Position numbers and translations under genes: made by a program. A DNA stretch of 60,141 nucleotides, filler included. It is 6 parts of 6 records of this genome, joined end to end, with 100 filler letters (N's around TTAATTAATTAA, not from the genome) between each part and the next. Parts side by side here need not be neighbours in the genome. Positions count along the whole stretch, not along the records: positions 22,710 to 32,102 come from DRR723986_10962; positions 32,203 to 44,493 come from DRR723986_10973; 4 more parts are not named here. One strand, 5' to 3'. Positions 30,265 to 38,209 of the stretch are shown here, in pieces. The notes beneath the pieces were generated by a model. That model was not told the origin of the DNA. It made no database searches and was given only the letters and a program-made list of their open reading frames with translations. Position 1 is the stretch's first letter; every line of letters begins with the position of its first letter.

Positions 30265-30846
30265 TTAGCCCAACATCGCAAGTGTGACGTCAATAAGCCG
30301 GTTAAGTGATGCGCGGCTGCGGTTTGTGCGTAGTTCCACGCGAATGCCGGAAATACTGTTGTACAGGAATTTAGCCAGGTCGGCGGTCGGCATTCGCAAC
30401 TCCAACTCTCCACGCTCGCGGCCCAGTTCCAGTGCGGCCTCAAGTGCACCTTCAATCTTCTGCTGATTGGTAATTACCAGCTCGCGAATCTCGGCATCCG
30501 TTTGAGCCAATTCGATGGCGGCATTGACCATAAGACAGCCTTTGGGGCTGGAAGAATCGATATCCTGCTCTACGATCATGTTAAATATCTGCCGCAGTGT
30601 AGACCTGATGTCTGTGGATTCTGCGATCAGGCCGAGCATGCCGGCCACGATAGTCTCACGGTAGAGTTGCAGCACACGAATGTAGAGACTGTGTTTATCC
30701 CCAAAAGTGGCGTAGAGGCTGGAGCGGCTCAGCTGCAGTTCTTCCACCAGGTCGTTGGCGGATGCTGCCTGATACCCGCGCGACCAGAACAGGTGCATCG
30801 CTGCGTGGAGCACCTGATTCTGGTCAAAGTTTTTTGATCTGGCCAT
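30265..30846 (-). CDS. TetR/AcrR regulator (NemR/ComR-like)
   Basis: MAR...LFWSRGY, SSLYATFGDK and KGCLMVN motifs. Confidence 0.92.
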   Translation of the reverse strand: MARSKNFDQNQVLHAAMHLFWSRGYQAASANDLVEELQLSRSSLYATFGDKHSLYIRVLQLYRETIVAGMLGLIAESTDIRSTLRQIFNMIVEQDIDSSSPKGCLMVNAAIELAQTDAEIRELVITNQQKIEGALEAALELGRERGELELRMPTADLAKFLYNSISGIRVELRTNRSRASLNRLIDVTLAMLG

Positions 30847-30899
30847 TGTAGCTCCGCTGAAATATTCAGATTTGAAACTTGTGGCTGGGGACTTGCGGT

Positions 30900-31679
30900 T
30901 TAGAGCTCGAAGAGCGTTCTATCTATCTTTGAGTCGAAGCGAATGTTTGTCCAATCGATGACTGTCCATTTCTCACCGACTTCGTCACCATCCCAGTTGG
31001 ATTTAACGTAGCGGCGTTTTGCAGGAATTTTGATACCGCTGATGGTTTGATATTCCATCTTCATTAACAAGGGGTCTGAGACACCCATAGCTACGACGGT
31101 AAACAAAAACTGGTCGATCATTTTCGTCTGTTTGTTTAAGTAGAGCACGTAAGTATCCTGCGCGTCTCCCACCTGATCATTGAACGTCATTTTGATCAGA
31201 TAGTAGTCTTTGCCATTTACTGTTTTACTGCCCATCATCTCGTGATTTGTACCTTCGTCAAGGAGCTTAAACAGCATGTTAAACCAGTAGTAATTGGTTT
31301 TACGCAGAAATCGGGCTACGCCATTCTGCTTTTTATCCTTGGACGCTTTCCCGTCGATTGTCACCCAGGCATCTTTCCCGTTAAATCCTTCAACAACTTT
31401 GCCCGTTGCGCCCATAATCGAATGCTCAGTAAACGCGCCATGCGAGCGTTCACCGTCAAACAAATACGTTTCTTTGCTCACCAGATCCGCAGGCGTGTTG
31501 GGGTCGCGATACTCAAAGTCATAGTGGACTCCGCCCAGGTTGTAATAGGCCTGCTTTCCACCGATGTTCTGCATCATCTCGGCCAGCAGCGTCTTTGCAT
31601 CGGGCTGCGTTTGTGCTTCCGATTGAATTGGCAACATCACGAACAATGCAAGCGCGAGTAGCAGGACAGTGCTTTTCAT
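30900..31679 (-). CDS. Secreted DUF6503-like protein
   Basis: Signal peptide from ATG 31679; FLRKTNYYWF.M.FKL.D and DQFLFTV motifs. Confidence 0.7.
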   Translation of the reverse strand: MKSTVLLLALALFVMLPIQSEAQTQPDAKTLLAEMMQNIGGKQAYYNLGGVHYDFEYRDPNTPADLVSKETYLFDGERSHGAFTEHSIMGATGKVVEGFNGKDAWVTIDGKASKDKKQNGVARFLRKTNYYWFNMLFKLLDEGTNHEMMGSKTVNGKDYYLIKMTFNDQVGDAQDTYVLYLNKQTKMIDQFLFTVVAMGVSDPLLMKMEYQTISGIKIPAKRRYVKSNWDGDEVGEKWTVIDWTNIRFDSKIDRTLFEL

Positions 31680-31720
31680 GACAATTCTTTCCCAGTATTT
31701 ATGAAGACAAGTATAATCAA

Positions 31721-31745
31721 GTTCCAATTTGGAACGATCGTTCCA
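31721..31745. promoter_or_regulatory. TetR operator
   Basis: Perfect palindrome TGGAACGATCGTTCCA (31730-31745) overlapping GTTCCAA-T-TTGGAAC (31721-31735). Confidence 0.75.
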
Positions 31746-31979
31746 CAAAGATATTGGAGAATATGCAATCAGCCAAATCTGATTCAAAATCTTCTTGAGA
31801 AGCGCTGGAAAGTGCACATTCCGCGAACCGATACTTTCAGGCAATTGAATAAGACTGGAGGCGTCGGCAGCCGGCAACAGGTTTACAGGCGCCCGTCTAA
31901 ACGAATTCTGCATGGACGTCTAATAATCAGTCGGATGAACGCGCCGGAATGCAGAATGTGCGGCAACTCAAATATTCAA

Positions 31980-32009
31980 GGGATTTCGACTCAGGGGATT
32001 TCGACTCAG
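31980..32009. repeat. 15-bp tandem duplication
   Basis: GGGATTTCGACTCAG twice. Confidence 0.85.
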
Positions 32010-32102
32010 TGTCTCCGGAATGTGATCCAGAGGGCGGGTTTCGCCGCTGAGCGGCTGGATTTTAGAATTATTAATTTTCCCCACTACCTGTGAGCCACAA
32101 GC

Positions 32103-32202
32103 NNNNNNNNNNNNNNNNNNNNNNNNNNNNNNNNNNNNNNNNNNNNTTAATTAATTAANNNNNNNNNNNNNNNNNNNNNNNNNNNNNNNNNNNNNNNNNN
32201 NN
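32103..32202. other. Artificial contig linker
   Basis: N run with TTAATTAATTAA. Confidence 0.99.
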
Positions 32203-32203
32203 T

Positions 32204-34033
32204 TGGACTCCTTGTTTAACAATTACAGATGCGAGTGGATGCGACACTACAATTTGTCAATCTATATTTGTTCAATGCAGTCCGCAACCTTGTGATGCAA
32301 GCTTTACATATACTTATGTGAGTTGTGATTCAGTTTATTTTATTCCTTCAGCAGTTGGACCACAATATTCATACAGCTGGTATTTCGGAGACGGAACTTC
32401 AAGCAATCTAGCAAATCCTGCTCACTCATTTGCAGATGGAACATGGACAGTTCAACTAGTAGTAACCGACAGTATTGCTGGATGTGGAGATCAAACTTTC
32501 CAAACACTAACTATAAATTGCGGTTTTACACCTTGTACAACGAATGGAGCGTTTAACTGGTATGTTGACTCAACGAATTGTGATGTGCAATTTATCAGTA
32601 CTGCCTTTGGTGGAACAGCACCTTACACTTACTACTGGAACTTTGGAGATGGCACGACAAGTACTTCAGCAAACCCAATTCACTCGTATCCAAACAATTC
32701 AATTTGGACGCCGTGTTTAACAATAACAGATGCAAACGGATGTGATACAACAATATGTGAACCTATTCAAGTGAATTGCACGGCAAGTTCATGTGATGCT
32801 AATTTCCAATTCACTTATCAAGATTGTCAAACGGTAATATTCTATCCAGTTTCAACAGGAGCTCAATATACTTACTCTTGGGACTTTGGTGATGGAGCTA
32901 CCTCTGTAGATGATAATCCAGCTCATATGTATACTTCTGATGGGGTTTATGTGGTGACGCTAATAATTAGTGACAACGTTTCAGGATGCACAGCTGTTAT
33001 GAACTATACGCTTACCATTAACTGTGGAACTTCATGCACAGCTAATGGTGCATTCCAATATTCAATTGATCCGAATAATTGTGATGTTCACTTTGTAAGC
33101 ACAGTATGGGGTGGTCAAGCACCTTACACCTATTTCTGGAATTTCGGAGATGGAACAACCAGCTCACAAGCAAATCCTGTACATAATTATCCTAATAATT
33201 CGACTTGGACGCCTTGTTTAACAATTACTGATGTCAATGGTTGCGACACCACATTTTGTGATGTAGTTAATGTTCAATGCGTTTCAAACAATTGTGATGC
33301 CTCATTCAATTACTCTTACATCACTTGTGATTCAATTTGGTTCATTCCATTAGTGAATAATGCTAGCTACGATTACCTATGGGATTTTGGTGATGGGACA
33401 ACAAGTACGGATATTTCTCCGGCACACACATTTACTAATGGCGTTCATTTGGTTGTTCTGTATTTAACAGATAGTGCATCAGGTTGCTCAAATGCCTTTA
33501 CTGTACAGTTAACAGTTAATTGTGGAGCTCAATGTGATGTAAACGGGGCAATCAGTTGGTACAATGATTCGAGTTCTTGTGACGTGAGTTTTATCAGCAC
33601 AGCATTTGGAGGCCAAGCACCTTATACTTATTACTGGAATTTTGGTGATGGGACAAGTAGCAACTTAGCAAACCCCGTTCACAATTATCCACCAAACACA
33701 CAATGGACTCCTTGTTTAACCATTACAGATGTCAACGGATGTGATACCGTTATTTGTGAGGTTGTTTACCCAGGATGTAGTGTTGGTCTGGATGAAATTG
33801 AGGATGGAATTAATGCCTTGATCTATCCAAATCCGAGTAATGGACAATTCACCATTGAACTTGAAGGATTAGAACGGGTTGAAATTTATGATATCAGTGG
33901 TCAACTTGTATATGCAGAAGATAGCTTTAGCAACATGATTCAAATCAACCTTGATTTTGTTGAGGACGGTTCTTATTTAGTTAGAACTTTCGCGAATGAT
34001 GAAACGCAAGTCCAACAAGTGATCAAACAATAA
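32204..34033 (+). CDS. PKD-repeat protein with T9SS type A CTD (5'-truncated)
   Basis: Six W(N/D/Y)FGDG motifs; IYPNPSNG...G.Y.V CTD; frame open to the contig start. Confidence 0.92.
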   Translation, partial: WTPCLTITDASGCDTTICQSIFVQCSPQPCDASFTYTYVSCDSVYFIPSAVGPQYSYSWYFGDGTSSNLANPAHSFADGTWTVQLVVTDSIAGCGDQTFQTLTINCGFTPCTTNGAFNWYVDSTNCDVQFISTAFGGTAPYTYYWNFGDGTTSTSANPIHSYPNNSIWTPCLTITDANGCDTTICEPIQVNCTASSCDANFQFTYQDCQTVIFYPVSTGAQYTYSWDFGDGATSVDDNPAHMYTSDGVYVVTLIISDNVSGCTAVMNYTLTINCGTSCTANGAFQYSIDPNNCDVHFVSTVWGGQAPYTYFWNFGDGTTSSQANPVHNYPNNSTWTPCLTITDVNGCDTTFCDVVNVQCVSNNCDASFNYSYITCDSIWFIPLVNNASYDYLWDFGDGTTSTDISPAHTFTNGVHLVVLYLTDSASGCSNAFTVQLTVNCGAQCDVNGAISWYNDSSSCDVSFISTAFGGQAPYTYYWNFGDGTSSNLANPVHNYPPNTQWTPCLTITDVNGCDTVICEVVYPGCSVGLDEIEDGINALIYPNPSNGQFTIELEGLERVEIYDISGQLVYAEDSFSNMIQINLDFVEDGSYLVRTFANDETQVQQVIKQ

Positions 34034-34050
34034 ATAATTTCTGTTTATTT

Positions 34051-34085
34051 AAAAGCCGCTGCACTGTAATGCAGCGGCTTTTTTT
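34051..34085 (+). terminator. Intrinsic terminator
   Basis: AAAAGCCGCTGCA...TGCAGCGGCTTTTTTT. Confidence 0.9.
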
Positions 34086-34182
34086 ATTTAAGATTCCAAG
34101 AAACCTGAATGTTTATTATTTAACAATTCATTAATGTTTTGAAAAATTTCATTATGTTTAAAGTCTCAAAAAACAAACTTTC

Positions 34183-37100
34183 ATGAAAACATCAGCTACT
34201 ATTTTGGCCATATTGGTCATTATTACAAGCGGTTTTAGTCAAACCACCAACTTAGGTGGACCACGAGGATGGTCGACTAAATACCAAACCAAAAACATTC
34301 CTTTTGAATTAATGCCAACCTATGATCAGGCGGCCATTGATGCAGAAGACGCGATTAATGACCCGTTAAAAAATGCTCCTTGGAGGTTTGGGTACAAACA
34401 TGCAGTAAATTACAACTTAAACAATTCAGGAAACTGGACAACTTTACCCAACGGCGATAAAATCTGGCAGCTTGGATTAGAAAGTGCTGGAGCTCTGACC
34501 ATCAACTTATTAATTGATGACATGATGATTCCTGAAGGTGCCTTTTTATACTTGTATGATGTAGACCAAACAAACAGAGTTGGGGCGTATACATCAATAA
34601 ATAACCGCCCTGATGGTGAACTTGGAACTGAATTAGTACATGGTGACAAAATCATTGTTGAATATTACGAACCTGCCAACGTTGCAGGTACCGGAACTTT
34701 AACTATTACAGATGTAGTTCACGGTTATAGAAGTTTAAATATCATTCAAGATGATCTAAATAAAAATTTGCAAAAAGCACTAAATTCTTCCGGTGATTGT
34801 AATGTGGATGTGGGTTGTCCATTAGGAGTTGGTTGGGAAGATCAAATCAGTTCGGTTGCCATGATTGTAATTAATGGGTCAGGAATCTGTTCAGGAGCTT
34901 TAATCAACAATACTTGTGAAGATGGTACACCGTTCTTTTTTACTGCAAACCATTGTTATAGCGGTTCGGTTGCAAACTGGGCGTTTAGATTCAATTGGGA
35001 CAGCCCGGTTCCGTCTTGTGCAACAACTGCAAATTCTACTGATCCAGGTACCCCTTATGATCAGACGGCAAATGGTGGAACAGCGTTATCAAATGGTGAT
35101 GAGGCAGACCAGTTTTTATTACAGATTACGAGCATGACTATTACGCACGCCCAAAACTGGAACGTTTATTATGCAGGTTGGGATAATTCAGATGCACTAA
35201 CTGTTACCCAAGGAACAGGTATTCATCATCCGTCAGGAGACGTTAAGAAAATATGCAGAGAAGACCAAGCACCATATCACAACCAAATCAACTTCAATGG
35301 AAATCCTTTAACAGAAATGTGGCATATTGATGATTGGGATCAAGGAGTTACCGAGCCTGGTTCATCTGGATCACCACTTTTCGATCAAAATGGAAGAATT
35401 ATTGGTTGTTTATCAGGAGGTTATGCTGCCTGTCAAAACCCTCCTAATTCTACACAAGACAATAACACTGAGGATTGGTATGGAAGGTTTGCCGTGGCAT
35501 GGGCAAACGGAGTGGGAACACATTTAGCACCAGCATCATGCGGTACTGCACCGAATACATTGGATGGATTTGATCCAAATGCACCAGCTTCTCCAGATGA
35601 TGCCGCTATTCAGTCGATCTCAGATCCAACAGGGCTACTGTGCACGGGCACTATAAATCCTGTAGTTGTTTTAAAAAATAATGGAACCAACACTTTAACA
35701 TCTGTAACCATCAATTATGATGTGGATGGAGGTACTAACCAAACTTTTTCTTGGACAGGAAATCTTGCTCCAGGAGCTACAACAAATGTCAATTTACCTG
35801 CAATGGGAGTCGCTTCAGGTTCACACACCTTTAACTCATCTACATCACTGCCAAATGGTACGGCAGATTCTAATCCAGGAAATGATGCCTCAAGTGGAAC
35901 ATTTACCAATATGGCGAATGGCCAAGCTATTACGCTAGATTTAAATATGGATTGTTATGGTTCTGAGATTTCTTGGACAATTGAAGACGGCAGTAGTAAT
36001 GTTTTACTTTCTGGATCAGGCTATTCAGACGTGGCTGGGGGAGAATTAATTACTGTAAACACCTGTTTAGATCCAGGTTGTTATGACTTTATTATAAATG
36101 ATTCTTACGGTGATGGAATGTATGGTTCGCAATGGGGCGGCTGCTCAATTGATGGAACTTATGATATTACTCAAGATGCAACTGCAACTAACTTAGCTAC
36201 GATTCAAGCAGTGAATTCTGATTTCGGCACACAAGAAATCAATAACTTTTGTGTGGTTTCACCATGTACAGGAACATTAAGTGAATCACATGTTGATGTG
36301 AGCTGTAACGGAGCTTCGGATGGATCAGCAACAATATCTGTGACAGGTGGAAATGCGCCATTCACTTACGATATTGGCTCTGGCCCTCAAACCTCAAATA
36401 CGTTCAATGGCTTAACAGCTGGAAGCTACACGGTAACTGTAATTGATAATGGCGCCTGTTCAAACACAATTAATGTTGTTATTTCTGAACCTTCTGCTCT
36501 TGTAATTGATGCTATCAATACAGTTGATGAAACTTGTGCAGGAACCAGTGATGGATCAATTAATTTAACAGTAAGCGGAGGAATGTCACCATATCAGTAC
36601 AGTATTGATTGTGGTACCGTATTTCAAAGCGGTGCATCATTTAACGGCTTAAGCCCTAATACTTACAGCGTAACCGTTTCAGATGCTAACGGCTGTTCGA
36701 CAATTTGTACCTCCGCAACTATCCAAACCGGATCTGGTGTTACGGGATCAACAAATGTTACCAATATCTCTTGCAACGGAATGACTGATGGAAGTATTCA
36801 AGCAGTAACCACAAATGGTACAGCTCCATTCACCTACAGTATTGACGGAGGGGCAACAACCCAAGCAAATGATTCTTTCACCGGACTTAGTGCTGGACCT
36901 TACACCATCACAATAACTGATGCAAACGGATGTACTGGAACAGTTAATGGCACCGTGACCGAACCTTCAGTTATCACCGGGTCTTCATCTGTTACAGATG
37001 AATTATCTGGAAATGACGGCGCCATTGATATTACTATATCAGGAGGAACAGCTCCATACACCTACTCATGGGGAGGAACTGGAGGATTTACTTCTAGTTC

Positions 37101-37458
37101 TGAAGACATTTCAGGATTAACCACGGGCACCTATACTGCAGTAGTAACTGATGCAAATGGTTGTACATTCCAAATCACAGATATCTTTGTTGACTCATCT
37201 GTAGGACTATTAGAAAATGGATATAGTTTTAGTATATATCCAAATCCATCTAATGGAACATTCAAATTGGAATTACTCAACTTTGATGATGCAGTTGAAC
37301 TGAGCATAGTTGATGTAACCGGAAGGTTAGTTTATCAATCTAGATTATCTCAAAATACAATTTTCGATATCAACATTGAAGATAAAGCTGCCGGCACTTA
37401 TTTTGTGAGATTACAATCTGGAGACTATCAAACGGTAAAACAAATAATAAAGCATTAA
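34183..37458 (+). CDS. Lysyl-endopeptidase-like trypsin-fold protease with CARDB-like domain, SprB repeats and T9SS type A CTD
   Basis: TANHC, IHHPSGDVKK and TEPGSSGSP motifs; SCNG..DG / TDANGC repeats; IYPNPSNG. Confidence 0.9.
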   Translation: MKTSATILAILVIITSGFSQTTNLGGPRGWSTKYQTKNIPFELMPTYDQAAIDAEDAINDPLKNAPWRFGYKHAVNYNLNNSGNWTTLPNGDKIWQLGLESAGALTINLLIDDMMIPEGAFLYLYDVDQTNRVGAYTSINNRPDGELGTELVHGDKIIVEYYEPANVAGTGTLTITDVVHGYRSLNIIQDDLNKNLQKALNSSGDCNVDVGCPLGVGWEDQISSVAMIVINGSGICSGALINNTCEDGTPFFFTANHCYSGSVANWAFRFNWDSPVPSCATTANSTDPGTPYDQTANGGTALSNGDEADQFLLQITSMTITHAQNWNVYYAGWDNSDALTVTQGTGIHHPSGDVKKICREDQAPYHNQINFNGNPLTEMWHIDDWDQGVTEPGSSGSPLFDQNGRIIGCLSGGYAACQNPPNSTQDNNTEDWYGRFAVAWANGVGTHLAPASCGTAPNTLDGFDPNAPASPDDAAIQSISDPTGLLCTGTINPVVVLKNNGTNTLTSVTINYDVDGGTNQTFSWTGNLAPGATTNVNLPAMGVASGSHTFNSSTSLPNGTADSNPGNDASSGTFTNMANGQAITLDLNMDCYGSEISWTIEDGSSNVLLSGSGYSDVAGGELITVNTCLDPGCYDFIINDSYGDGMYGSQWGGCSIDGTYDITQDATATNLATIQAVNSDFGTQEINNFCVVSPCTGTLSESHVDVSCNGASDGSATISVTGGNAPFTYDIGSGPQTSNTFNGLTAGSYTVTVIDNGACSNTINVVISEPSALVIDAINTVDETCAGTSDGSINLTVSGGMSPYQYSIDCGTVFQSGASFNGLSPNTYSVTVSDANGCSTICTSATIQTGSGVTGSTNVTNISCNGMTDGSIQAVTTNGTAPFTYSIDGGATTQANDSFTGLSAGPYTITITDANGCTGTVNGTVTEPSVITGSSSVTDELSGNDGAIDITISGGTAPYTYSWGGTGGFTSSSEDISGLTTGTYTAVVTDANGCTFQITDIFVDSSVGLLENGYSFSIYPNPSNGTFKLELLNFDDAVELSIVDVTGRLVYQSRLSQNTIFDINIEDKAAGTYFVRLQSGDYQTVKQIIKH

Positions 37459-37475
37459 GATTAATCACTTAATTG

Positions 37476-37508
37476 AAGCCTTCTTGCGAAATCAAGGAGG
37501 CTTTTTTT
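37476..37508 (+). terminator. Intrinsic terminator
   Basis: AAGCCTTCTTG-N6-CAAGGAGGCTT followed by a T-tract. Confidence 0.85.
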
Positions 37509-37782
37509 ATGCCCAATTATCAATTAACTTTAGCACCTCTTCCCAACTTTTCAACTTAATTTCTTTTTTTTGACCAACCCAATAAGTAATTGATTCCGTA
37601 AACTTCATATCAGAGTTTAGCTCTGAAGTTGTTTTACGATAAAAACAAAACTCATCTTTTTTACCTTCTATTTGTATATACAGTAATCCTTTCTTCTTTC
37701 GAAATGAATATTGGTTTACTGTTAAGCCTTTTTTAGATAAGACCCGAGAGATATCCTTGTGTTCAGATTTTAGGAATTTCTT
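37507..37782 (-). CDS. Probable ~91-aa hypothetical protein lacking a canonical start codon (not in the ORF track)
   Basis: 110-codon frame (37836-37507) with no internal stop in very AT-rich DNA; stop abuts the convergent terminator. Confidence 0.55.
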   Translation of the reverse strand, partial: KKFLKSEHKDISRVLSKKGLTVNQYSFRKKKGLLYIQIEGKKDEFCFYRKTTSELNSDMKFTESITYWVGQKKEIKLKSWEEVLKLIDNWA

Positions 37783-37801
37783 ACTGATAAAGATAGAACA
37801 T

Positions 37802-38005
37802 AAAAAAAACAGCTCGAGGCTGTTTGTGTTAAGTTGTTAGGGAGTGTTTTGGTAAAAGTAGTGGCCAGCTCATCTGAGAATCCCTGACCACCCTTTTGCC
37901 CAAATCTTTGCCAAACTTGGCATATCTTAGAGACAGTAATCTGTCATTTTTGTCAAAATAAAGTCGGCTTTTCGAACCGACTTTAACTAGAGTTTTTTCA
38001 TGCTT
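37802..38005 (-). ncRNA. Candidate small RNA (~200 nt)
   Basis: TACTTTTG promoter element at 38018-38011, four hairpins, terminator at 37825-37802. Confidence 0.4.
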
Positions 38006-38155
38006 CGAACCAAAAGTAGGTTGGTTTTAAACATTGGCTATTGCTAACCACAGTCAAATTTAAGCACTCATTTCCAATAAATTAAAGCGAGTTTATAAGT
38101 GCAGCTTTTTTAGTATAAGTGATGCCAATCAAGAATAAGCGATTTTTACAAATAC

Positions 38156-38186
38156 AAAAAAACCATCTAGTAGAACTAGATGGTTT
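38156..38186 (-). terminator. Intrinsic terminator of the OmpA-domain gene
   Basis: AAACCATCTAGT-N3-ACTAGATGGTTT followed by a T-tract. Confidence 0.85.
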
Positions 38187-38209
38187 AGTTTCATTCAAAT
38201 TAATTAGAA

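Noticed and set aside
31701-32093. 130-aa ORF containing QGISTQGIST
   Set aside because: Overlaps the operator/promoter region; the repeat comes from a 15-bp DNA duplication; no coding evidence
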